58,173 nucleotides of DNA from a virus. Its lineage: Duplodnaviria > Caudoviricetes. The position numbers were made by a program, and so were the translations under genes. The notes beneath the pieces are model-generated. The model had not been told where the DNA came from and ran no database searches. It was given only the letters and a program-made list of their open reading frames with translations. Positions 19,009 to 28,563 of this stretch are shown in pieces (the first letter of the stretch is position 1; every line of letters starts with the position of its first letter). The stretch spans positions 1 to 58,173 of the IMG/VR virus record IMGVR_UViG_3300029818_000003; one strand, 5' to 3'.

Positions 19009-19524
19009 TCAAACGATCCGGTAGACACGCTCGCCGCCGTCGGTCTTGTCCGAAAGGATGGCGAGTCCAAGTTTCTTCTTGAAGGCTCCGGCGAAAGTGC
19101 CGCGCACGGTGTGCGCTTGCCAGCCGGTGGTCTCGCAGATCTGACGCACCGTTGCGCCCTCGGGACGCCGCAGCATCTGGATCACGGTGGCCTGTTTGCT
19201 GTTCTCGCGGGTGCGGGGTTTGGTGGCGGTTCGCTCTTGCGCCCACGTGGCCTCTGCGGCCGTCACGGCGGCCTCGATCTCGGGGTCTGCGGCCAAGGGC
19301 GCAGGCGCTGGACGGGCGCAGCCCAGTGCGTCGTAACCCTCGGCGGCGACGAACCAGTCGGTGCCGTTGGTGGTGATGAGGGCGCGGTTGAACAGTCCGT
19401 CGAGGACTTTCTTGCGTGCGCCGCCTTTGATGTTGTCCGGGAACCAGTCGAGCTTGCCATCGCTGTGGTGGATGGCGTGGGCAAGGACCGCGTGCTGGCT
19501 GGCGGTGAGTTGGGTGGTGGCCAT
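19009..19524 (-). CDS. DUF3489-family wHTH protein (cassette C)
   Basis: SKQATVIQMLRRPEGATV...TGWQAHTVRG...RVYRI. Confidence 0.85.
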   Translation of the reverse strand: MATTQLTASQHAVLAHAIHHSDGKLDWFPDNIKGGARKKVLDGLFNRALITTNGTDWFVAAEGYDALGCARPAPAPLAADPEIEAAVTAAEATWAQERTATKPRTRENSKQATVIQMLRRPEGATVRQICETTGWQAHTVRGTFAGAFKKKLGLAILSDKTDGGERVYRIV

Positions 19525-19618
19525 GTGGTGCTCCTTCGAGGTGGTTGATGGTGATGTGATGAACGCGCTGTTCGGGACTGAAGCCAAGCGTTTCGTGCTT
19601 GGCTTCGCTGTCTTTCGA

Positions 19619-19825
19619 TCAGCTGTTGGCAATCTCTGACTCCGTGGCCTTTGGCAACGACGCGCCGACTTCGGCACCCGCTTTGAACGCGGCTTCGAGG
19701 GCGTCGCGGATGCACCAGACCGCCGTGTCGTGGAAGTCGAGGCTGTCTGACTTGCGCGTTTCCAGGGTTTCGATGCCGAGGTGCTTCTGCGCAATCAGGG
19801 TGAGGATGGTTTCGATCTGGCTCAT
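19619..19825 (-). CDS. DUF6900-like small protein (cassette D)
   Basis: IETLETRKSDSLDFHDTAVWCIRDALEAAF. Confidence 0.75.
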   Translation of the reverse strand: MSQIETILTLIAQKHLGIETLETRKSDSLDFHDTAVWCIRDALEAAFKAGAEVGASLPKATESEIANS

Positions 19826-19930
19826 TTCCGTGTCCTTTGAAAAAGTTGATGACGAACGTATGAACGCGCTGTTCCAGATGGAAGCCAAGCTGAATCCATG
19901 TAAATGACGAACAAATGATTGAAGAGGCCG

Positions 19931-20458
19931 ATGGGAATTTCGATACGCGCTTACGCCCGTCACCGTGGGGTCACCGACACCGCCGTGCACAAGGCGATTC
20001 GTGCCGGTCGGGTGACGCCCGAAGCGGACGGCACCATCGACATCGACCGTGCCGACCGCGAGTGGGCGCGCAACACGGACACCCCAAAAAAGGGAACGCA
20101 ACAGCGCGCAGAGAGCGTCGCGGTGCGGGAGAACGCCGGGGAGCAGACCGCTGCGCTGCCATCGGGCGGCACGTCGCTGCTTCAGGCGCGCACCGTCAAC
20201 GAGGTGGTCAAGGCGCAGACGAACAAGGTGCGTTTGGCCCGCCTCAAGGGCGAACTGGTAGATCGACCGCAGGCTATCGCACACGTTTTCAAACTGGCGC
20301 GGTCGGAACGCGACGCGTGGCTCAACTGGCCAGCGCGCATTTCGGCACAGATGGCGGCCAAGCTCGGCATCGATCCGCACGCGATGCACGTGGCCCTGGA
20401 GGCCGCCGTGCGCGAGCACCTGCAGGAGCTGGGCGAACTGCGTCCGAGGGTGGATTGA
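19931..20458 (+). CDS. Terminase small subunit (Nu1-like)
   Basis: N-terminal HTH and LKGELVDR motif; TGATG coupling to the large subunit. Confidence 0.8.
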   Translation: MGISIRAYARHRGVTDTAVHKAIRAGRVTPEADGTIDIDRADREWARNTDTPKKGTQQRAESVAVRENAGEQTAALPSGGTSLLQARTVNEVVKAQTNKVRLARLKGELVDRPQAIAHVFKLARSERDAWLNWPARISAQMAAKLGIDPHAMHVALEAAVREHLQELGELRPRVD

Positions 20459-22416
20459 TGGAAATCGACTACGAAGGGGCCGCCGAGATCGAGCGCGCGT
20501 GGCGCGAAGGACTGACGCCCGATCCGCTGCTGACCGTATCGGAGTGGTCGGATCGGCATCGGATGCTCTCAAGCAAGGCATCCGCCGAGCCGGGACGCTG
20601 GCGCACCAGTCGCACGCCATACCTGAAAGCGATCATGGACTGTCTGTCGCCGACCTCGCCGGTCGAGCGCGTGGCGTTCATGAAAGCTGCCCAGCTCGGC
20701 GCGACCGAGATGGGATCGAACTGGATTGGCTACGTGATCCACCACGCGCCCGGGCCAATGATGGCCGTGTGGCCAACAGTGGATATGGCCAAGCGCAATT
20801 CCAAGCAGCGAATCGACCCGCTGATCGAGGAGTCGGCGGCGCTGTCCGAACTGATCGCTCCGGCGCGCTCGCGCGACTCGGGCAACACCATCCTGGCCAA
20901 AGAGTTTCGGGGTGGCGTGCTGGTGATGACCGGTGCCAACAGCGCGGTGGGCCTGCGTTCGATGCCGGTGCGTTACCTGTTCCTGGACGAGGTGGATGGT
21001 TATCCGATTGACGTCGAGGGTGAAGGCGATGCGATCTCGCTGGCCGAAGCCCGGACGCGCACGTTTGCGCGTCGAAAGATTTTCATTGTGTCGACCCCGA
21101 CGATCTCGGGGGCGTCGGCGATTGAGAGGGAATATGAGGCATCCGACCAGCGCCGCTACTTTGTACCGTGCCCGCACTGTGCACACCGGCAATGGATGCG
21201 CTTTGAGCATTTGCGCTGGGAGAAAGGTCAGCCGGAAACGGCGGCCTACGTGTGCGAGTCCTGCGATGAGCCGATTGCCGAGCACCACAAGACGTGGATG
21301 CTGGAACACGGCGAGTGGCGCGCGATGGTTGCCGACGGCGTGGGTAAGACCGCAGGCTTCCACCTCTCTTCGCTGTACAGCCCGGTCGGCTGGCGCAGTT
21401 GGCGCGATATCGCCGCCGCGTGGGAGAGCGCCGTGAGCAAGGAATCGGGTTCGGCGGCGGCCATCAAGACCTTCAAAAACACCGAACTGGGCGAGACGTG
21501 GGTCGAGGAAGGCGAAGCGCCTGACTGGCAGCGTCTGGTTGAGCGCCGAGAGGATTACCGGATCGGCGCAGTGCCCAACGGCGGTTTGCTGCTGGTTGGT
21601 GGGGCCGACGTGCAGAAGGATCGCATCGAGGCCTCGATCTGGGCCTTCGGGCGCGGCAAAGAATCTTGGCTGGTCGAGCATCGTGTGCTGATGGGCGACA
21701 CCGCCCGCGATGCAGTGTGGAAACGGCTTGCCGAGTTGGTCGCCCAGACGTGGACGCACGAGTCGGGTGCGGCGCTGCCACTAGCGCGATTCGCGCTCGA
21801 CACCGGCTTTGCCACGCAGGAGGCATACACCTTCGTGCGGGCCTGTGGCGACCCACGGGTGATGCCGGTCAAGGGTGTCGCGCGTGGCGCAGCGCTCATT
21901 GGCACACCAACGGCGGTGGATATCTCGCAGGGCGGCAAGAAGCTGCGCCGGGGAATCAAGGTGTTCTCGGTGGCAGTGGGCATCGCCAAGCTGGAGTTTT
22001 ACAACAACCTGCGCAAGGCCGCCGACGTGCTTGAGGATGGTGTGACCACCACGTTTCCCGCCGGATTCGTGCATCTGCCGAAGATCGATGCCGAATTCAT
22101 CCAGCAACTGTGCGCCGAGCAACTGATCACCCGCCGCGACCGCAATGGCTTTGCCATCCGGGAGTGGCAAAAGATGCGCGAGCGCAATGAAGCGCTCGAC
22201 TGTTATGTGTACGCGAGGGCCGCCGCATCGGCTGCGGGCCTCGACCGTTTCGAGGAGCGCCATTGGCGCGAACTGGAACGACAACTCGGGATCGCGGCAC
22301 CACCCGATTCCGATCTCATCCCGAACAACGACGAGGCCACCCAACGCGGTGGCCTCGCTGTTTCCGGGTCTCGTCAATCAGGTCGGCGCGTCATCAAAAG
22401 TCGCTGGCTGTCCTGA
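20458..22416 (+). CDS. Terminase large subunit, lambda GpA family
   Basis: KAAQLGATE, FLDEVDGY, STPT, CPHC, NEALDC. Confidence 0.95.
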   Translation: MEIDYEGAAEIERAWREGLTPDPLLTVSEWSDRHRMLSSKASAEPGRWRTSRTPYLKAIMDCLSPTSPVERVAFMKAAQLGATEMGSNWIGYVIHHAPGPMMAVWPTVDMAKRNSKQRIDPLIEESAALSELIAPARSRDSGNTILAKEFRGGVLVMTGANSAVGLRSMPVRYLFLDEVDGYPIDVEGEGDAISLAEARTRTFARRKIFIVSTPTISGASAIEREYEASDQRRYFVPCPHCAHRQWMRFEHLRWEKGQPETAAYVCESCDEPIAEHHKTWMLEHGEWRAMVADGVGKTAGFHLSSLYSPVGWRSWRDIAAAWESAVSKESGSAAAIKTFKNTELGETWVEEGEAPDWQRLVERREDYRIGAVPNGGLLLVGGADVQKDRIEASIWAFGRGKESWLVEHRVLMGDTARDAVWKRLAELVAQTWTHESGAALPLARFALDTGFATQEAYTFVRACGDPRVMPVKGVARGAALIGTPTAVDISQGGKKLRRGIKVFSVAVGIAKLEFYNNLRKAADVLEDGVTTTFPAGFVHLPKIDAEFIQQLCAEQLITRRDRNGFAIREWQKMRERNEALDCYVYARAAASAAGLDRFEERHWRELERQLGIAAPPDSDLIPNNDEATQRGGLAVSGSRQSGRRVIKSRWLS

Positions 22417-22433
22417 CCTTTAAGGAGCATTTC

Positions 22434-22925
22434 ATGAGTCTTTCCACCCGTATCGAGAGCCTGGTCATCCGGGTTGCCCAAGAATTCAACGACGTCCGCG
22501 CCAAGGCAGGCAACCTAGCCAGCCTCACCACCACCGACAAGTCGAATCTGGTGGCGGCCATCAACGAACTCAAGGCGGCCGTGGTGTCGTCGGTGGTCAT
22601 CGACGATGCTCAGGTCACGACCACCAGCACCTACTCGTCGAACAAGATCGTCACGCTGCTCGATGCCCTCAAGACCGAAATTCTCGGTGGAGCTGATGCG
22701 GCCTACGACACCCTGGTGGAAATCCAGCAGCTGCTACAGAACGGCACCACTGGTCTGGATGCCTTGCTTGCCGCCGTCAACAACCGCGTGCGCTTCGATG
22801 CTGCGCAGTCGCTGACCGTCGCCGAACAACTTCAGGCCCGAACCAACATTGGTGCGGTCGCGGCCAGTGATGTCGGCAACACCGACACCGACTTTGTCGC
22901 TGTCTTTGTGGGTGCTCTGGTCTGA
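22434..22925 (+). CDS. Putative virion (head) fibre protein 1
   Basis: LTTTDKSNLVAAINE, DTLVEI and QARTNIG fibre-type motifs. Confidence 0.6.
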   Translation: MSLSTRIESLVIRVAQEFNDVRAKAGNLASLTTTDKSNLVAAINELKAAVVSSVVIDDAQVTTTSTYSSNKIVTLLDALKTEILGGADAAYDTLVEIQQLLQNGTTGLDALLAAVNNRVRFDAAQSLTVAEQLQARTNIGAVAASDVGNTDTDFVAVFVGALV

Positions 22926-23317
22926 TGAGCCTTGCATCGCGCATCACCGCGCTGGCGAGTCGTGTCGGGCTCGAGGTCAAGACCAAGATCGACGCCACCC
23001 ACCCCGGCTTGGCCCGGGCGTGGGTGTGCTTCGGCTATGTCGGCGCACAGATCGTCGTGCGCGCTTCGCACAACGTGGCCAGCGTGACCCGGACGGCAGC
23101 CGGTCGGTACCGCGTGACCTTTGCTGCGCCGATGCCGGATGCGAATTACTGCTGGACTGCCTTGGCGCGCAGTAGCACCAACAGCGGCACGCAGCGGATT
23201 GCCATCGTGCGCTCCAGCACCGACCAGAAGACCGCGCAGTACGTCGATATCAGTTGCGCGACTACTGCCGCATCGTTCGACGATTCAACCGAAATCAACC
23301 TCACGGTGCACCGCTGA
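22925..23317 (+). CDS. Putative virion (head) fibre protein 2
   Basis: N-terminus similar to the previous gene; ARAWVCF...NVASVTRTAAGRYRVTF fibre-tip-like domain. Confidence 0.6.
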   Translation: MSLASRITALASRVGLEVKTKIDATHPGLARAWVCFGYVGAQIVVRASHNVASVTRTAAGRYRVTFAAPMPDANYCWTALARSSTNSGTQRIAIVRSSTDQKTAQYVDISCATTAASFDDSTEINLTVHR

Positions 23318-23538
23318 TGGCCTACACACAAGCACACCTCGATGCGCTCGAAGCCGCTTTGGCAAGGGGAGAAAAGCGCGTGACCTTCGGCGACAAGACG
23401 GTCGAGTACCGCACTGTCGATGAGCTCAAAGCAGCAATTGACGTGGTCAAGCGCGACAGCTTCGAGCAAGCGGTCGCCACCGGCTTGTGGCCCGGTGCGC
23501 CACGTCAGATCCGAGTCACAACCAGGAAGGGCTTCTGA
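23317..23538 (+). CDS. gpW-like head-tail joining protein
   Basis: LDALEAALARGEKRVTFGDKTVEYRTVDEL; precedes the portal. Confidence 0.85.
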   Translation: MAYTQAHLDALEAALARGEKRVTFGDKTVEYRTVDELKAAIDVVKRDSFEQAVATGLWPGAPRQIRVTTRKGF

Positions 23539-25025
23539 TGAGCTGGGTCACGAAAATTCGCACCCTGTTCGGCGGTGCCCCCATCCATGAGGCTGCAGGC
23601 GGTGGGCGGCGCGCAATGGCGTGGATGCCCGGCAATCCCGGCGCGGTGGCTGCGATGCTGGCGACCTCCAACGAACTGCGCGTGAAATCGCGGGATCTGG
23701 TGCGCCGCAACGCGTGGGCGAATGCTGGTATCGAAGCCTTCGTCGCCAATGCCGTCGGTACCGGCATCAAGCCGCAATCGACAGCACAGGACGAAACCTT
23801 CCGCGTGGCAGTGCAAGCGCTTTGGCGCGACTGGACAGAGGAAGCGGACGCCACCGGCCAAACGGATTTTTACGGCTTGCAAGCGCTGGCGGCTCGGGCG
23901 ATGTGCGAGGGTGGCGAGTGTCTTATTCGTTTGCGCCCGCGCCGTCCCGAAGATGGACTGGTCGTGCCCTTGCAGCTGCAACTGCTGGAGGCCGAACACC
24001 TGCCGCTGACGCTGAATACCGAATTACCAACGGGCAATGTGATCCGATCCGGCATCGAGTTCGATGCGATGGGTCGGCGCGTGGCCTACCACCTGTACCG
24101 TTCCCACCCCGAGGATGGGCGACTGTCGCCGATGTCGGCCCAAGGCGGCCAGGACACCGTGCGGGTGCCAGCGGCAGAGATCATGCATCTTTACCGTGTG
24201 CTGCGGCCCGGCCAGATTCGCGGTGAGCCGTGGCTCTCCCGCGCCCTGGTGAAGTTGAACGAGCTTGATCAGTACGACGACGCCGAGCTGGTGCGCAAGA
24301 AGACCGCCGCAATGTTCGCCGGATTCATTACCCGTCAGTCGCCCGAGGACAACCTCATGGGCGAAGGACTATCCGACCCGAACGGTATTTCTCTCGCGGG
24401 ACTTGAGCCCGGTACGCTGCAGATTCTCGAACCCGGCGAAGACGTGAAATTCTCCGATCCGGCCGATGTCGGCGGCTCCTATGGGGAGTTTCTGCGCACG
24501 CAATTCCGCGCGGTGGCGTCCGCCATCGGCGTCACTTACGAGCAATTGACCGGAGACCTGTCCGGGGTGAATTACTCGTCAATCCGCGCCGGTCTGCTGG
24601 AATTTCGCCGCCGTATGGAAGCCATCCAGCACGGCGTGTTGGTTCATCAGATGTGTCGTCCAGTCTGGAATGCGTGGCTCGATCAGGCCGTGCTGTCAGG
24701 AGCCATCGCTGCGCCCGGATTTACGCGCCGCCGTCGTGAGTACGCCGCCTGCAAATGGATTGCGCAGGGCTGGCAGTGGGTCGATCCCGAGAAGGAATTC
24801 AAAGCGATGCTGCTGGCGATTCGCGCGGGCCTCATGTCCCGTTCGGAAGCCATCTCGGCCTTTGGTATGGATGCCGAGGACGTCGACCGGGAGATCGCCG
24901 CCGACAACGCGCGGGCCGATGAACTGGGTTTGATTTTTGACTCTGACCCGCGCCGCACATCCAAGGACGGCGGCAGTGCCGAGCCCAACGCCGCACTTGG
25001 CGATACCACAACGCCTCCTCCCTGA
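23538..25025 (+). CDS. Portal protein, lambda family
   Basis: RDLVRRNAW, RPGQIRG, LTGDLSGVNYSSIR, WVDPEKE. Confidence 0.95.
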   Translation: MSWVTKIRTLFGGAPIHEAAGGGRRAMAWMPGNPGAVAAMLATSNELRVKSRDLVRRNAWANAGIEAFVANAVGTGIKPQSTAQDETFRVAVQALWRDWTEEADATGQTDFYGLQALAARAMCEGGECLIRLRPRRPEDGLVVPLQLQLLEAEHLPLTLNTELPTGNVIRSGIEFDAMGRRVAYHLYRSHPEDGRLSPMSAQGGQDTVRVPAAEIMHLYRVLRPGQIRGEPWLSRALVKLNELDQYDDAELVRKKTAAMFAGFITRQSPEDNLMGEGLSDPNGISLAGLEPGTLQILEPGEDVKFSDPADVGGSYGEFLRTQFRAVASAIGVTYEQLTGDLSGVNYSSIRAGLLEFRRRMEAIQHGVLVHQMCRPVWNAWLDQAVLSGAIAAPGFTRRRREYAACKWIAQGWQWVDPEKEFKAMLLAIRAGLMSRSEAISAFGMDAEDVDREIAADNARADELGLIFDSDPRRTSKDGGSAEPNAALGDTTTPPP

Positions 25026-25034
25026 GAGATTCCT

Positions 25035-26255
25035 ATGAACTTGTTGCCACACATGGCGGCACGCCTCTTCGGTGCGCCGCTGATGATCCATCGCCCGAAA
25101 CTTGAGGTGATTCTTGCCGTTCTCGGGCCGCGTATTGGACTGGCTCACTCTGCTGTGCCAGCCAATCCGATTACGTCCCGCGCGGCACCGACTGGTGCGA
25201 CGGGCATCGCCGTGCTGCCGATTTACGGAACGCTGGTGCGCCGCACGGTCGGGCTTGAGGCCGAGTCAGGAATGGCCAGTTACCAGGAGCTGGCGACGAT
25301 GCTGGATACAGCGGTCGCCGACCCGAACGTCGCCGCCATCCTGCTCGATATTGACAGTGCCGGAGGCGAATCCGGCGGCGTGTTCGATTTGGCTGACCGG
25401 GTAGCGGCAGCGGCGAAACGCAAACCGGTCTGGGCGCTGGCCAACGATATGGCCTTCTCAGCGGCCTATGCCATCGGCTCGGCGGCCAGTCGCTTCATCG
25501 TCACGCGCACCGGTGGCGTGGGCTCAATCGGTGTCATTGCCATGCACGCCGACCAATCGGTGAAGGATGCCAAGGATGGCGTTCGCTACACCACGGTATT
25601 CGCCGGGGCCCGCAAGAACGACCTCAACCCGCACGAACCGATTTCCGACGAGGCGCACGCCTTCCTCAAAAACGAGGTCGAGCGCGTCTACGGCCTGTTT
25701 GTCGAGACCGTTTCCCGCAATCGTGGCGTCTCGGCCGATGCCGTGCGCGCTACCGAAGCCAGCATTTATTACGGGGCTGATGCCGTCGCTGTGGGCTTAG
25801 CCGACGCGGTCGGCACCTTCGACGACGTGCTGGCCGAATTCACCGAATCACTTTCTCAAAGTCTTGTGTTGCCGATGTCTGCGGCCGCACAGGGCATTTC
25901 TTCGCAACTCAGACTGGAGACTTTCATGAATGAACCCGGAACCCCTGTTGGTGATGGGACTGGCGCTGATCCTGATCGCGCTAATCCTGCGCCGCCCACC
26001 CCTTTGATGACCATCGATGACGCCCAGGAGGTCGCCGAACTGTGTGCGCTCGCCGGTTGTCCTGAACGCACCGCCGCCTACCTCGCGACGCGCACGATGC
26101 CAACCAAGGTGCGCAGCCAACTGCTTAACGCCCGCGCCGACAGCCCGGAAATCACCAGCCGGATCGTACCGGATGCGACCCATCCCACGCCCCAATCCCT
26201 CAACGAAAACCCGCTGGTGATGGCCGCTCGTGCCCGTGCTGGCAAGGAGAACTGA
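25035..26255 (+). CDS. S49 head maturation protease (lambda gpC-like) with scaffold C-terminus
   Basis: LDIDSAGG, SAAYAIGS, GSIGV. Confidence 0.92.
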   Translation: MNLLPHMAARLFGAPLMIHRPKLEVILAVLGPRIGLAHSAVPANPITSRAAPTGATGIAVLPIYGTLVRRTVGLEAESGMASYQELATMLDTAVADPNVAAILLDIDSAGGESGGVFDLADRVAAAAKRKPVWALANDMAFSAAYAIGSAASRFIVTRTGGVGSIGVIAMHADQSVKDAKDGVRYTTVFAGARKNDLNPHEPISDEAHAFLKNEVERVYGLFVETVSRNRGVSADAVRATEASIYYGADAVAVGLADAVGTFDDVLAEFTESLSQSLVLPMSAAAQGISSQLRLETFMNEPGTPVGDGTGADPDRANPAPPTPLMTIDDAQEVAELCALAGCPERTAAYLATRTMPTKVRSQLLNARADSPEITSRIVPDATHPTPQSLNENPLVMAARARAGKEN

Positions 26256-26256
26256 T

Positions 26257-26634
26257 ATGACCGCCATCACCGAAGGATTCAATCTCGGCGACCTCTTGAA
26301 GTACGAAGCGCCGAACCTCTATTCCCGCGACCAAATCACGGTCGCCTCTGGCCAGACGCTGCGCTTGGGTGCAGTCGTCTCCATCGTGACTGCCACCGGC
26401 AAGGTCAAGCAGATCGACCCTTCCGCGACTGACGGCACCCAGTACGCCGCCGGGGTGTTGATGCAGCCGTGTGACGCGGCGCTCATCGACCGTGAGGACG
26501 GACTGATGGTGGCGCGTCACGCCATCGTTGCCGATCACGCGCTGGTCTGGCCCGTTGCCATCACGCTGGCCGAGAAGCAGTCCGCCGTCCTGCAACTCAA
26601 GAGCCTCGGCGTTCTCGTTCGTAAAGGAGTCTGA
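26257..26634 (+). CDS. Head decoration protein (gpD-like)
   Basis: Size, and position between protease and capsid; AAGVL motif. Confidence 0.85.
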   Translation: MTAITEGFNLGDLLKYEAPNLYSRDQITVASGQTLRLGAVVSIVTATGKVKQIDPSATDGTQYAAGVLMQPCDAALIDREDGLMVARHAIVADHALVWPVAITLAEKQSAVLQLKSLGVLVRKGV

Positions 26635-26636
26635 AA

Positions 26637-27638
26637 ATGAACAATCCCTTTGAAAATCCCGCGTTTTCGATGTCGGCGCTGACCGCCGCCATCAACATCC
26701 TGCCCAACAACTACGGTCTCATGGACAGCATGGGCCTGTTCCCGTCCAAGCCGGTGCGCTTTCGCTCAGTGGTCGTGGAAGAGAAAAACGGCATCCTGAC
26801 CTTGCTGCCGACGATGCCGGTGGGCTCGCCCGGAACGGTGGGCAAGCGTGGCAAACGCAAGCTGCGCTCGTTCGCCATCCCTCACATTCCGCACGACGAT
26901 GTGGTGCTGCCCGAGGAAGTCCAGGGCATCCGGGCATTCGGTTCTGAATCGGAATTGCAGACCGTCGCTTCCGTGATGGCCGAGCACCTGCAAACGATGC
27001 GCAACAAGCACGCCATCACGCTGGAGCACCTGCGCATGGGCGCGCTCAAAGGCATCATCCTCGATGCCGACGGGTCGGAGCTGTACAACCTCTTTGACCT
27101 GTTCGACATCACGCCGAAGGTGGTCAATTTCCAGTTGGGCGCAGCAGGCACGGACATCAAGAAGAAGTGCCTTGATCTCAAGCGCTACCTGGAGAAGAAC
27201 CTCAAGGGCGAGCGCATGAGCGGTGTTCACTGTCTGGTCTCCGAGGAATTCTTCGACGCCTTCACCAGCCACGAGAAGGTGGTCGCCGCCTACGACCGTT
27301 GGCAGGACAGCTTCGCGCTGCGCTCGGACATGCGTTCCGGCTTCACCTTTGCAGGCATTACCTTCGAGGAGTATTCCGGCGAGGCCAGCGATGGCGACGA
27401 CAACATCCATCGGTTCATTGAAGCCGGTGAGGGGCACGCTTTTCCCTTGGGCACGGTGGACACGTTCGCCACGTATTTCTCGCCTGCGGATTTCAATGAG
27501 ACGGCAAATACGCTGGGCCAGCCGCTTTACGCCAAGCAGGAACCGCGCAAGTTCGAGCGCGGCACCGACATTCACACCCAATCCAACCCGCTGCCGATGT
27601 GCCATCGTCCGGCGGTGCTGGTGAAGGTCACTGCTTGA
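26637..27638 (+). CDS. Major capsid protein, lambda gpE family
   Basis: TLEHLRMGALKG; QSNPLPMCHRP C-terminus. Confidence 0.92.
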   Translation: MNNPFENPAFSMSALTAAINILPNNYGLMDSMGLFPSKPVRFRSVVVEEKNGILTLLPTMPVGSPGTVGKRGKRKLRSFAIPHIPHDDVVLPEEVQGIRAFGSESELQTVASVMAEHLQTMRNKHAITLEHLRMGALKGIILDADGSELYNLFDLFDITPKVVNFQLGAAGTDIKKKCLDLKRYLEKNLKGERMSGVHCLVSEEFFDAFTSHEKVVAAYDRWQDSFALRSDMRSGFTFAGITFEEYSGEASDGDDNIHRFIEAGEGHAFPLGTVDTFATYFSPADFNETANTLGQPLYAKQEPRKFERGTDIHTQSNPLPMCHRPAVLVKVTA

Positions 27639-27922
27639 TGGTGCGCGTCGAGGATATGTACGCAGCCGCTGCAAGTGCAGGCCTGCTGGTGGACGCTGAA
27701 GTGGGTGGGCAGATCGTCGCGGTGGACTTCCGTTCGCCTGACGAAACGGTCCTCGACGGTTTTGCGCTCTCTGCAGATTACTCGATGCGCTTCCCACTAT
27801 CCGGACTGCCCAATCTCGCGGCTGGCCACACGGTGACCATCGGCGGCGCTGTCTATCGGGTGCGTGATGTGCGCGCAATCGGTGACGGCTCCGAACGACG
27901 CGCTGATCTCTCGCTGCTTTAG
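27638..27922 (+). CDS. Head-tail joining protein (FII-like)
   Basis: Position after the capsid gene; beta-rich, IGDG motif. Confidence 0.7.
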   Translation: MVRVEDMYAAAASAGLLVDAEVGGQIVAVDFRSPDETVLDGFALSADYSMRFPLSGLPNLAAGHTVTIGGAVYRVRDVRAIGDGSERRADLSLL

Positions 27923-27933
27923 GAACCCTCGGA

Positions 27934-28359
27934 ATGAACTCAATCCGCGAGCGCCTCTTGCGGGAGGTGTTGGCACGCCTGTCGGTTGCCGTCGCGCCAG
28001 TCCCGGTGCTGCGGTATCCGACCGTGCCAGTCACGCGCGAAGCCAGTCCGGCGCTCCTGATGTTTGCCGAGGGCGACAGCATCACCGCGCACGCCAACAA
28101 CCTCGTCGACCGGATTCTGATCCTGCGTCTGACCGTCATCGCACGCGGTGACGACGGTTTCGATCAAGCAGATCGGACGCTGGTCGTCGCCCACGCCGCA
28201 CTGCTCGCCGATCCCAATCTGGGCGGACTTGCCATTGCGGTACGAGAGATCGACTGCGAGTGGGACGCCGAGGATGCCGATGCCGGGGCCATCGCGTTGC
28301 CCGCCCGCTACGAAGTCCGCTACCGAACCCACGCCATTGATCTCACCAAAACAGGATGA
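27934..28359 (+). CDS. Tail terminator-like protein
   Basis: SIRERLL...DPNLGGLA...YEVRY. Confidence 0.7.
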   Translation: MNSIRERLLREVLARLSVAVAPVPVLRYPTVPVTREASPALLMFAEGDSITAHANNLVDRILILRLTVIARGDDGFDQADRTLVVAHAALLADPNLGGLAIAVREIDCEWDAEDADAGAIALPARYEVRYRTHAIDLTKTG

Positions 28360-28363
28360 ACCC

Positions 28364-28561
28364 ATGACCATTGAACTACTGAAATCCCACACCCACGCGG
28401 GCAAACGCCGCATTGCGGGTGACCGCCTTGAACTGCCGGAGGCCAGCGCCCGCTGGTTGATCGCGCAAGGCATCGCCAAACAAGTCGAAGGCGTAAGCGA
28501 CGCCAAGCCCGCCCGCCGCGACCTCGCCACACCCGGCACCCCACTCACCAAAGGAGACTGA
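28364..28561 (+). CDS. Small phage structural-region protein
   Basis: HTHAG...ARWLIAQGIA; RBS present. Confidence 0.65.
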   Translation: MTIELLKSHTHAGKRRIAGDRLELPEASARWLIAQGIAKQVEGVSDAKPARRDLATPGTPLTKGD

Positions 28562-28563
28562 CC

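Larger units (their letters stand above)
18656..19890 (-). repeat. Four dispersed copies of AACGCGCTGT-N8-GAAGCCAAGC (18656, 18965, 19562, 19863), one upstream of each antisense gene
   Basis: Both 10-mers and the 8-bp spacing are invariant in all four copies. Confidence 0.9.

Noticed and set aside
18656-19890. CRISPR array or integron attC array from the four repeats
   Set aside because: Spacing is 300-600 bp and filled with genes, the repeat has a variable centre, and there is no attC-type hairpin, integron integrase or cas operon
19915-20457. N-terminal extension making TerL 833 aa
   Set aside because: Overlaps terS in another frame; TGATG coupling supports a start at 20458
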